IMG/VR virus record: IMGVR_UViG_3300031993_000003
Strand: one strand, 5' to 3'
DNA from: a virus
DNA length: 64,000 nt
Part shown: one piece after another, positions 18,994-26,574 of the stretch
Numbering within the stretch: position 1 is the stretch's first letter
Layout of the letters: the number at the start of each line of letters is the position of its first letter
Notes under the pieces: generated by a model
Told to the model about the DNA's origin: nothing
Database searches by the model: none
What the model saw: the letters and a program-made list of their open reading frames with translations, nothing else
Program-made: the position numbers and the translations under genes

Positions 18994-19261
18994 GACCCTA
19001 CCTGCCTTTCCTTAGTCAGAGGGTGAATCCCCCTTGACATATGCACTATGCATCGGGACACCTCCCGCAGGCATCCCCCGGGAACCCCCGGTAGATACCG
19101 GGACATCCAGCTGCACGGGTCGACGCGGGCCCCTGACAGGGAAGGACTCCAGGAGGGAACCGGGAGCAGTCGGCGGTGGGCACCGGGAGCAGTCGGCGGT
19201 GGGCACCGGGAGCATCCCCCGGGAGGACCGGGTAGGCTCCGGGAGGTCACCCTGGTCCTGA

Positions 19262-20010
19262 CCGGTACTGTGTCGTCTGGATAACCTGACCCTTAGGGGT
19301 TTACACCCCCCTTTATTTCACAAGTGCTCTACGCCGGTTCCTGGCCGGGAACTTTCGTTCCAGTTTCCTCCCGGTGCATGCTTGGTGGCAGCCAAGTGGC
19401 AGCCAGGGTACTCCCGGAGGCTCCCGGAGGCAGCCGGGTGGTGGACTTGGTGTCTCCCGGAGGCAGCCTGGCATGGGAATGGGTATCTCCCGGTGCATGC
19501 TTGGTCTCTCCCGGAGGCAATCTGTGGTTCCTCCCGGTACATGCCAGGTATATGCCTGGTATGCGGTGCATGCCTGGTGCAGTACTGGGTAGTACCGGGA
19601 GGAGGTGCATGGGAAATTAAAAGAATTTTTCTGGGTACGAAATATAAATTTTTGTTTACATAAAAGGCAATCGAATCGAATCGAATCGAGCAAGTTAGGG
19701 TACAGGGGGTAGGGGGGTAGGGGGTAGGGGGGTAGGGGGGTATGGGATTTTCTGGGATGCCTCCCGGGAGACCCCCCGGGGGTTTCCTGGAGAAGTCCCT
19801 GGGGGTGGCCTGAAAATTTTTTGGCCTGGGGGGTCTAGGCTGGGATTTTCTGGGGGTACCTCCCGGGAGACCCCCGGGGGGTTCCGGGAGAAGACATGTG
19901 GGGTGGCTTTAGAAAAAATTTGGCCGGGGGTGAAATTGTGTTTTTAATTAGGGGTACCTCCCGGAAGGTTCGAGGTTTGGTACCTGGGATATACCGGGAG
20001 GAGGAGTAGG
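19262..20010. other. non-coding junction: putative replication origin or genome terminus
   Basis: AT-rich 19612-19670, (AATCG)x4, G5-6 tracts 19705-19740, ~90-bp imperfect direct repeats (19744-19835/19842-19931), GC-skew switch. Confidence 0.5.
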
Positions 20011-20023
20011 ATAGCTTAATGGC

Positions 20024-20422
20024 TTAGGGGGAGATTTCGTCGAGTATTTTTAGCTGGGAGGATAGTTTCTCCCGGATGTTCCTGATGAATTTCCTGGCCT
20101 GGGACTTGGATATGAACATGATTCCTTCGCAGTAGTCATCGGGATGACGTTCTACGTAGTAGGGGTTGGAGAGGAATGTGGTGTTCTGGTAGCGGGAGAC
20201 AATCTCGCCGACCTTGACATAGTCGTCTACGGAGTCTATGAAGGTGGTTGCATGGATGGCGAGGGGGAGGGTTTCTGGGTCTGAGGTGTCTTCCGGTAGC
20301 TTTCCGGTGAAGGAGATGCGGTCTACGGGGAAGATATAGGAGAGGTCATCTGCGGCCATCCAGCGGTTCTGGAAACGGAGGTTTGCGTTGATGAGGATTT
20401 GTTTCTTGGTCGGTCTTGTCAT
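20024..20422 (-). CDS. hypothetical protein
   Basis: 132-aa ORF with AAGGA upstream. Confidence 0.7.
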   Translation of the reverse strand: MTRPTKKQILINANLRFQNRWMAADDLSYIFPVDRISFTGKLPEDTSDPETLPLAIHATTFIDSVDDYVKVGEIVSRYQNTTFLSNPYYVERHPDDYCEGIMFISKSQARKFIRNIREKLSSQLKILDEISP

Positions 20423-20458
20423 GGAGGGTTCCTTTTGTAAAAATTGGTATACATGGAG

Positions 20459-20668
20459 TTACCGGAGCGCCTCTCCGCTCCCGGTGCAGTCGTCGTATCC
20501 CCAGCCCGAGCCAAAGCCGTGGCCGTTGCCCCAGCCGTACCTGGAACCGGCGCCGTAGCCGGAACCGTCACCGTATCCGATTGCGTAGGAGGAACCCTGC
20601 CCGGTTGCGCTGCCTGCGCCCAATCCGGTATCTGCCGGTGAGTTCTTGAGGAATTCGTCTACTTCCAT
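20459..20668 (-). CDS. Gly/Ser/Tyr-rich repeat mini-protein
   Basis: MEVDEFLKNSPADT followed by GSGYG repeats. Confidence 0.7.
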   Translation of the reverse strand: MEVDEFLKNSPADTGLGAGSATGQGSSYAIGYGDGSGYGAGSRYGWGNGHGFGSGWGYDDCTGSGEALR

Positions 20669-20669
20669 G

Positions 20670-20870
20670 TTACCTCCCGTCACCAGAGCCGTAACCGGAA
20701 CCGTAACCGGAGCAGTCGTCGGAACCGTAGCCGGAGACGGAGCCGATGCAGTAGCCGTACCCGCCGCCGAATCCGCAGTCGTCGGAGGTGCCGGAGCCGC
20801 ATCCGTCGCCGGAGCCTTCTCCCCAACAGGTATCTGCCGGTGAGTTCTTGAGGAATTCTTTGAGTTCCAT
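20670..20870 (-). CDS. Gly/Ser-rich repeat mini-protein
   Basis: MELKEFLKNSPADT followed by Gly-rich repeats. Confidence 0.7.
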   Translation of the reverse strand: MELKEFLKNSPADTCWGEGSGDGCGSGTSDDCGFGGGYGYCIGSVSGYGSDDCSGYGSGYGSGDGR

Positions 20871-20884
20871 AGTGTTCCTCCTAT

Positions 20885-21199
20885 CTACACTAGCGACCAG
20901 AAGTTTTCCTCGAGGATTTGCATGGCATCGTCCGGCAGTGGCCGCTGCTGGTTTATGAAGTTGGCTGCGAAGTCCATGAGGATATCGTACTTGCGCATCT
21001 GCTCACGGTGCAAGGACCAGCGGATGCCGTTCCATCTCTGGTGATGCCCGTGCCATATTGTCCAGACGTTGGCACAGGCGGCGTTGTGGAACAGGTGGGA
21101 TTCGGTAATCCTGCCGGAGGCATGCCCGTGCTTTCCCAGGCGGTATCCGGCGCCGGGACGAATCTTCTGGCCACACAGGAAACAGCGGCGCTGGCTCAT
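20885..21199 (-). CDS. hypothetical protein with CxxC...HxxC
   Basis: CFLC and HNAAC motifs. Confidence 0.65.
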   Translation of the reverse strand: MSQRRCFLCGQKIRPGAGYRLGKHGHASGRITESHLFHNAACANVWTIWHGHHQRWNGIRWSLHREQMRKYDILMDFAANFINQQRPLPDDAMQILEENFWSLV

Positions 21200-21357
21200 C
21201 CGGCGGACTCCTCGTAGCGCATGGCCTCGTGGGCCTCCTTCCGCTTTATCGAGCGGCGGAGTCTCTTGCGGCCCTTGTTGTGCTTTGGGGTGGACGGGGC
21301 GCGGAAGTGCTCGATGGAGTCGTTCTCGAGCTGTCCCCTGAGAATCTTGTTCGTCAT
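21196..21357 (-). CDS. 53-aa basic peptide (not in ORF track)
   Basis: MTNKILRG...KGRKRLRRSIKRK; overlaps the next start. Confidence 0.55.
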   Translation of the reverse strand: MTNKILRGQLENDSIEHFRAPSTPKHNKGRKRLRRSIKRKEAHEAMRYEESAG

Positions 21358-21361
21358 GTGG

Positions 21362-21886
21362 TTACTTCATGTAGAGTTCTTCGAGTTCGTCGGATACTTC
21401 CCGGATTGTGTGCCCGGCAATCCATTCTTTCTGGTTGTCGATGAGGTCCCGTACCAGTCCGGACTCTTTGTATGCCTTCATGGAGAAAGTCAGCTTCCCG
21501 TCCAGGCAGTCCAGGACGATGTACTGGTCAATTTCTTCCTTGGTCATACGGTTACACTCCTTTTTAAGATTTCCGGAAAGATAGAGGTTAACCAGGTCTA
21601 TATTGTCGTAGCCAACGGCCCTCCAGTTTTGGACCTGCTCCTCGCCGAATTCTGTACAGATTTTATCGAAGGTTTCATCCCTTTCCCGCGTAAAGTCGTC
21701 GTATTCGGCTGCCGCGACCTTATATTCATCGTTCAGCCGGTCCTTCAGCTCGGCAAGAGAAGTGGTGCCGTAAGCACGCATCAGAGATTCCACGGGGTCT
21801 ACTGAGCGTATTTTGCCAAGAATATTATCCTTCTTGTTGGCCAGTTCTGCTGCTCGGTTATAATAAGTTTCCTTGTTTTCAATCAT
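21362..21886 (-). CDS. hypothetical protein
   Basis: paralog of 58116-58448 (MIExKExY; QVxNWxAxGYDxxDLVNxYL). Confidence 0.75.
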   Translation of the reverse strand: MIENKETYYNRAAELANKKDNILGKIRSVDPVESLMRAYGTTSLAELKDRLNDEYKVAAAEYDDFTRERDETFDKICTEFGEEQVQNWRAVGYDNIDLVNLYLSGNLKKECNRMTKEEIDQYIVLDCLDGKLTFSMKAYKESGLVRDLIDNQKEWIAGHTIREVSDELEELYMK

Positions 21887-21927
21887 TTCAATAAGCTCCT
21901 TTTGCTGGTTTTAGGTATTTTCTTCAT

Positions 21928-22260
21928 TTAGTTCCCGCTGCCGCGGCCGTCGCCGGAGCCGCTGCCGTTGCCGGAGCCGTCGCTGTAGCCGTCGCCGGAG
22001 CCGCAGCCGTAGCCGAAGCCGAAGCCGGAGCTGTAGCCGTCGCCGGAGCCGTCGCCGCAGCCGAAGCCGTGACCGTAGCCGGAGCCGAAGCCGGAGCCGT
22101 CGCTGTAGCCGTCGCCGGAGCCGCAGCCGTAGCCGTAGCCGGAGCCGGAGCTGTAGCCGTCGCCGGAGCCGTCGCCGCAGCCGTCGCCGGAGCCGTCGCC
22201 GGAGCCGCTGCCGTTGCCAGTATCTACTGGATGGTTCTTGATAAATTCTTCCAGTTCCAT
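21928..22260 (-). CDS. Gly/Ser/Asp/Tyr repeat protein
   Basis: MELEEFIKNHPVDT followed by GSGDG/GYG repeats. Confidence 0.75.
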   Translation of the reverse strand: MELEEFIKNHPVDTGNGSGSGDGSGDGCGDGSGDGYSSGSGYGYGCGSGDGYSDGSGFGSGYGHGFGCGDGSGDGYSSGFGFGYGCGSGDGYSDGSGNGSGSGDGRGSGN

Positions 22261-22261
22261 G

Positions 22262-22504
22262 TTACCTCCCGGAGCCTTTGCGGTTACCTTTGCCGGAGCC
22301 GGAGCCGTAGCCGGAGCCGTCGCTGTAGCCGGAGCCGTAGCCGGAGCCGTAGCCGGAGCCGTAGCCGGAGCCGTAGCCGGAGCCGTAGCCGGAGCCGTAG
22401 CCGGAGCCGTAGCCGGAGCTGTAGCCGTTGCCGCTGCCGTGTCCGTTGCCGGAGCCGGAAGGCTCCGGGTTGAGAACGAACTGTATGCTACTTGATTTCA
22501 TCAC
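22262..22504 (-). CDS. (GSGY)n repeat protein
   Basis: 12-bp tandem repeat GCCGGAGCCGTA. Confidence 0.65.
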   Translation of the reverse strand: MMKSSSIQFVLNPEPSGSGNGHGSGNGYSSGYGSGYGSGYGSGYGSGYGSGYGSGYGSGYSDGSGYGSGSGKGNRKGSGR

Positions 22505-22988
22505 TCAGGCCAAGTTTCTCGATGACCGAGCGGATGATGTCACTGCCGAAGGCGTCCTTCGTCAAGCGGAGGAACTCCTTGGTTGTCATCTTCCCGTCAA
22601 GGTCGACGTTGTGGTCTTTCGCGAAGCTGTCCCGGCCGAACGTGCAGCTTCCGGTGAGGATGCCGTGCCATTCGTAGAAGTCCCTGGTGGGATAGGTCCA
22701 GTCCCTGTCGAACTTCTTGGTGAACTCGTCAACCTTCCCTTCGGTGTCCATTCCGCCGATAATCTTGCGCTCGAGCTCGCTCGCCGCTTCCCTCGCCGTC
22801 TTACCGTGGGCGAAAAGGCCATGACCCTTCGCGATGTAGCACTCGGAAGTGGTGAGGTCGTTGTTGATTGTGTATCCAGATGCAATGTCGCCGTGAACGT
22901 GGTGAATCACGGTAGGCATGCCGTCGATGTAGTGGACCTGCTCGCCGTTGAATCTGGATATCGTTGATGAAGTTGGTACGTTAACCAT
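22488..22988 (-). CDS. conserved phage protein (FAHG, WHxxLTGSCxxGR motifs)
   Basis: recognised family, usually carrying an N-terminal GSG repeat. Confidence 0.75.
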   Translation of the reverse strand: MVNVPTSSTISRFNGEQVHYIDGMPTVIHHVHGDIASGYTINNDLTTSECYIAKGHGLFAHGKTAREAASELERKIIGGMDTEGKVDEFTKKFDRDWTYPTRDFYEWHGILTGSCTFGRDSFAKDHNVDLDGKMTTKEFLRLTKDAFGSDIIRSVIEKLGLSDEIK

Positions 22989-22991
22989 GCG

Positions 22992-23309
22992 CTATGCCTT
23001 CCATTCGGGTACGCTTTCGATGCTGGCAGCCGCCTTGTCGGTCGTCGGGATAATCTGGCAGATGCCGACGATGGCGATGCTGTCGACCGTGACGGTGAAC
23101 TTGCAGTTGTCCGGACGGTTGGTCCCGGTGGAGGCGATTTCCTCGACAGCGGCGGCGCCTTCCCAGTACCAGAGCTTGCGGGCCTTGGAGAGCTCGCAGG
23201 AGCAGCCGTCGGGAGTAACGGAGTCGAGGGTGCCGAAGAACACGCCGGCGTTGATGGAGCGGACGATGACCTTCTTGCCGATGAGATTGGAGAAGATGTT
23301 TTCTGACAT
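22992..23309 (-). CDS. DUF6948-like phage protein
   Basis: VIVRS..AGVFFG.L, ARKLWYWEGAA, IP.T..A. Confidence 0.75.
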   Translation of the reverse strand: MSENIFSNLIGKKVIVRSINAGVFFGTLDSVTPDGCSCELSKARKLWYWEGAAAVEEIASTGTNRPDNCKFTVTVDSIAIVGICQIIPTTDKAAASIESVPEWKA

Positions 23310-23365
23310 GGTATTGTCCTTTTTGGTTTAGGTTTTTATTGATACTACAAATATAGCAAAAACTG

Positions 23366-23620
23366 CTAGAGGGAAGTTTCCGTGTTTTCCGTGGAGTTTT
23401 CGAGGATGCTGTCGCGGAAGTTGTCGAAGTCCTTGCGTGAGGATACGCGGTACGTAATATCATCGGCGGATGAGCCGCTACTCTGGTAGACTATGCGTAC
23501 CTCGTGCTTCGTGGGTGCGGTGGTAGATACGGTTTCCTTGTATCCGAATGAGGAGATTGTGTCCCTGCGGAAGAACTTCTCCCCCTGGAGAGTCGTTAGT
23601 CTGACGAATTTGCTGTTCAT
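23366..23620 (-). CDS. hypothetical protein
   Basis: leaderless start; paralog of 24719-24943. Confidence 0.7.
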   Translation of the reverse strand: MNSKFVRLTTLQGEKFFRRDTISSFGYKETVSTTAPTKHEVRIVYQSSGSSADDITYRVSSRKDFDNFRDSILENSTENTETSL

Positions 23621-23662
23621 GCAATCAAATATAGCAAAAACCGGTATTGGCATAGTGGTTTC

Positions 23663-23935
23663 CTAGTAGTACCATTCATCGGAATTGGGGAGTTGTGTAA
23701 ACTTTGTTTTACCTTCGTCGGTCCAGGTGCGGTAGGCGTGTCCGGTGGACCATCGGACTATTCGTTCGTCGGGGAGTGCGTCGGGGCGTGCGGGAGGTTC
23801 CACGTACTGGATGGTGCACCCGTTTCCCGATAGCAGGAAGGCGATTTCGACAATCCGGTTCCTGGAGTCTAGGTACTTGAGGATGGTGTCGTTGTCGGAG
23901 AGTTCTTTGCTGGATATTTCCATTGTGGCTACCAT
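23663..23935 (-). CDS. hypothetical protein
   Basis: 90-aa ORF. Confidence 0.6.
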   Translation of the reverse strand: MVATMEISSKELSDNDTILKYLDSRNRIVEIAFLLSGNGCTIQYVEPPARPDALPDERIVRWSTGHAYRTWTDEGKTKFTQLPNSDEWYY

Positions 23936-24031
23936 TTAAGCTTTGCGTGTCCTTGCCGGGGTCCGTAGGAGGCGGAGAAGTTGAAGCCCATGCGGTGGAA
24001 TTCTTCGATGACCTTCTGGAATTGGGGGACT

Positions 24032-24119
24032 GTGAACTACCGCCAATCGCATTTAAGCCTCCCCGGGGCTACCGTGGGAGCCTTGCAAGCTGCCGCCCTT
24101 CAGGGCGGCGGTAGTTGAC
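24032..24119. mobile_element. 88-bp IS200/IS605-end-derived miniature element
   Basis: GTGAACTACCGCC...GGCGGTAGTTGAC ends; GCCGCCCTTCAGGGCGGC hairpin nearly identical to the TnpB right end at 40313-40346. Confidence 0.7.
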
Positions 24120-24706
24120 CCCTTGTACAGCTGGTACTTCTTGCTCAATACGTGGCTTGTCTCGTCGGATAGCGGCTTGAACCAGATGCCTACCCTGCAC
24201 CGTCCCTGTCCGTTCTCGTCGGTAAATTCCGGCGTGAGGTCGGTCTTGCAGGCATCATCGATGAAGCCGTAATCAATACCTTCAACCATACCGGCCTGCT
24301 TGGCAAGGTCCACCACCTTCATCAGGTGGTTCAGGTTCTTGGCCTCGCAGATGGTCTTGGTGAAGATGTCGTTAATGTACCCGTTCCAGACATCCTTCGG
24401 AATCTCCATCGCCACGGTCACGCTCGGCCTGGAATCCTCCCTCTGCCACTTGAACGAAGTCTCTCCACGCTCATGCGCTTCCTTGGCAGCCTTGGCCAGT
24501 GCCGGATGGCGGTAAAGCATCCAGTAATCCGGGTCGCGCTTGGTCGATACCGGCAGATACTCGAACTCGTTGTCCATGATTCCGCCCATGGACGCATACG
24601 TCTTGAGCAGGCTAATCCAGTAGCCCTCGGCACAATGTGCGACCATGGCGGCCAGCTTACCCGGAGCCAGGTTCAAATCCTTCCTGATGATAAAAAGTCT
24701 TCTCAT
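24053..24706 (-). CDS. pth2: peptidyl-tRNA hydrolase, Pth2 family
   Basis: IIRKDL.L..GKLAA.VAH, KTIC, IDDACKTD, VGI. Confidence 0.75.
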   Translation of the reverse strand: MRRLFIIRKDLNLAPGKLAAMVAHCAEGYWISLLKTYASMGGIMDNEFEYLPVSTKRDPDYWMLYRHPALAKAAKEAHERGETSFKWQREDSRPSVTVAMEIPKDVWNGYINDIFTKTICEAKNLNHLMKVVDLAKQAGMVEGIDYGFIDDACKTDLTPEFTDENGQGRCRVGIWFKPLSDETSHVLSKKYQLYKGSTTAALKGGSLQGSHGSPGEA

Positions 24707-24718
24707 ATTACTTTCTCA

Positions 24719-24943
24719 TTACATAATTGATTTGGTCAGCGGGAATCCATTTATCGTTCCATTCTTTGATATCCGGCGTGACCTGTTGGCGGAGCTTGTC
24801 TGGTAGACGACTCGGACCTCGATTGTGGTGGGTGCGGTGGTGGATACCTTCCGGGTGATGCCGAAGGAGGAGATTGCTGAGCGGCGGAAGAACTTCTCGC
24901 CGGAGGAGGCGTTGAGCCTGACGAAATCGTTGTTATTGTTCAT
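24719..24943 (-). CDS. hypothetical protein, possibly truncated paralog
   Basis: matches 23366-23620 up to VYQxS, then diverges. Confidence 0.6.
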   Translation of the reverse strand: MNNNNDFVRLNASSGEKFFRRSAISSFGITRKVSTTAPTTIEVRVVYQTSSANRSRRISKNGTINGFPLTKSIM

Positions 24944-24997
24944 GCCAGCAAATATAGCAAAAAGTATGGTGGGGAAATTGCTATATTTGTGGTCGAT

Positions 24998-25432
24998 ATG
25001 AGGATACCTGTAGATATTCGGATTTCTGTGTATTGTGGGCTGGTGCTTGGTTTCTCCCGGAGGCTGCTTGGGAGGGTGCTGGAGCCTTCCGGTGGCAGCC
25101 GGGAGTATAAGGATGGGGAATTCCGGCTGTGCATTGGCAGGAAGGATGCCTTCGGTGCCGCCTTCCCCAGTGGTGACATGTACTGGCTGAAGGGTTTCGG
25201 CGGGAGGTGGCAGGTAAAGAGGATGCTGCGGGAGCTGCGGGAGTTCACCCAGGGGAAGCTGCCGTACGGATGGTCGGTGGTCGTGCTGGAGAAGACGGCG
25301 GCGAACCGGGAGATGCTGCGGGAGATGAAGTACTGGTCGATGATACCGGACCGGGAGGTCTGGAATGCTGTCGAGGAAATTGTCGAGGAAATAGATGCAT
25401 GGTGGGAAGTGAACCGCGGGAGGTTCATGTGA
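24998..25432 (+). CDS. shared-leader family protein
   Basis: RISVYCGLVLGFSRRLLGRVLEPSG. Confidence 0.75.
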   Translation: MRIPVDIRISVYCGLVLGFSRRLLGRVLEPSGGSREYKDGEFRLCIGRKDAFGAAFPSGDMYWLKGFGGRWQVKRMLRELREFTQGKLPYGWSVVVLEKTAANREMLREMKYWSMIPDREVWNAVEEIVEEIDAWWEVNRGRFM

Positions 25433-25833
25433 GGGCGGTGTATGTCCTGATAGTGCTGGGTTTCTCCCGGAGGCTTCTGGGGAGGGTGCTGGTACCTTCC
25501 GGTGGCAGCCGGGTGAGGGAGAGGCCGCAGGACCCTCTATACGAGTGCGCCATGTACCTATACGAGGGGAAGGTCAGCTACAGGGTCGGCGGCACTTTCC
25601 TAGTGGGGGGCCGTGCGTCGGTGGAGGTCAACTACAGGGTGAGTGACAGGTACGGGAGTATTGCCAGGTGCTTCGGGTACGAGATAGGCTTCTACTCGGT
25701 GGGCAAGGGGGACCTTAGCGTGGGTTCCCTTCCGGGCGTGACGTCTCCGCGGATGATGGAGTTCCTGAACTCGGCCTACGATTACGTCAAGTCCATAGTC
25801 CCGGAAGGAAGCAGGCACACGGGGTTGCTATGA
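25429..25833 (+). CDS. shared-leader family protein
   Basis: GTG start, RAVYVLIVLGFSRRLLGRVLVPSG; full-length paralog of 29803-30207. Confidence 0.8.
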   Translation: MRAVYVLIVLGFSRRLLGRVLVPSGGSRVRERPQDPLYECAMYLYEGKVSYRVGGTFLVGGRASVEVNYRVSDRYGSIARCFGYEIGFYSVGKGDLSVGSLPGVTSPRMMEFLNSAYDYVKSIVPEGSRHTGLL

Positions 25834-26183
25834 GGGCGGTATACTTGCTGATAGTTCTTGGGTTCCTCCGGAGGCTGCTTAGGAGGGTGCTGGTACCTTC
25901 CGGTAACTACCGGTGGAGGCACGGGGGGTACGTGCTTGGTCTTCAGGTGGATGGGGAGGAGTACGGTATAGTCGGGTTCGGGCGTCAGGCCAGGGTGGAC
26001 GCCATGCTACTGGACATGATACCATGTGTCGCTCAGAGTATTCCTTGCGGATGCAGCATAAGCGTCAGCGAGGGTAGGGTTGGGGACATGAGGACATGGC
26101 AGGAGATAGATGATTTCCGTGCGAGGAATGTTGCGAGCGAGATATCGGACTGGTTCGACGCGAACGGGGGGAAGTACCTGTGA
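25830..26183 (+). CDS. shared-leader family protein
   Basis: MRAVYLLIVLGFLRRLLRRVLVPSG. Confidence 0.8.
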   Translation: MRAVYLLIVLGFLRRLLRRVLVPSGNYRWRHGGYVLGLQVDGEEYGIVGFGRQARVDAMLLDMIPCVAQSIPCGCSISVSEGRVGDMRTWQEIDDFRARNVASEISDWFDANGGKYL

Positions 26184-26545
26184 GGGCTGTATATCTGCTG
26201 ATAGTTTTGGGATTTTTGCGGCGGTTAATGAGGAGGGTGCTGGTGCCTGCCGGGAGGTGCCGGGTGATGAGCCTGGAGCTTGCCGGGAGGGGGTACGGGC
26301 TTGTCGTCGGTGGACCCTGGGAGATACCGGAGGGTAGGATGTGGGCAGTGGAGGGGAACGCCGCGGTATGGAGCGAGGAGCTCCCGGAGGGTCTCCGCCT
26401 GAGGCTGCTGGAGACGGACAGGCCTGTAGGGAGCGTTGTGAGGTTCTGCCGTGATGTTGGCGTGGGGAGTCCGGGAGAGGTGGAGAGCGTATGCAGAACG
26501 GTGGACTGCTGCATAAGGGACATCCTGGTTGCGAGAGGAATATAA
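26180..26545 (+). CDS. shared-leader family protein
   Basis: MRAVYLLIVLGFLRRLMRRVLVPAG. Confidence 0.8.
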   Translation: MRAVYLLIVLGFLRRLMRRVLVPAGRCRVMSLELAGRGYGLVVGGPWEIPEGRMWAVEGNAAVWSEELPEGLRLRLLETDRPVGSVVRFCRDVGVGSPGEVESVCRTVDCCIRDILVARGI

Positions 26546-26574
26546 ACTGTGGAAAACGGCAGACAGGGTGAAAA

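Larger units (their letters stand above)
140..19235 (-). repeat. Dispersed ~45-bp intergenic repeat (~34 copies) upstream of cassette genes; putative promoter element
   Basis: Core (G/A)GCATCCCCCGG flanked by further CCGG units at ~161, 571, 2101, 2857, 3213, 3953, 4578, 5294, 5780, 8449, 9112, 9867, 10327, 10600, 11116, 11619, 12345, 12766, 13264, 13741, 14390, 14967, 15334, 16112, 16340, 16806, 17285, 17375, 17467, 17805, 18252, 18750, 19069, 19208; one orientation, usually ~45-55 bp upstream of a minus-strand ATG. Confidence 0.95.

Noticed and set aside
140-19235. CRISPR array
   Set aside because: Spacing is 90-2700 bp, intervals contain whole genes, repeats are degenerate and no cas genes are seen.
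140-19235. Classical integron with attC sites
   Set aside because: No RYYYAAC/GTTRRRY boxes and no tyrosine integrase in the window; the repeats sit at promoter position.
104-19700. Plus-strand ORFs and repeat-spanning ORFs in the track (recurring PPGSIPR, SREHPP, MLPG peptides)
   Set aside because: These are translations of the DNA repeat or antisense shadows of GC3-rich minus-strand genes.
22069-22495. Plus-strand Ala/Val/Gly- or Arg/Ser-repeat ORFs
   Set aside because: They are alternative frames of the GSG tandem repeats; the minus frame has SDs and shared N-termini.
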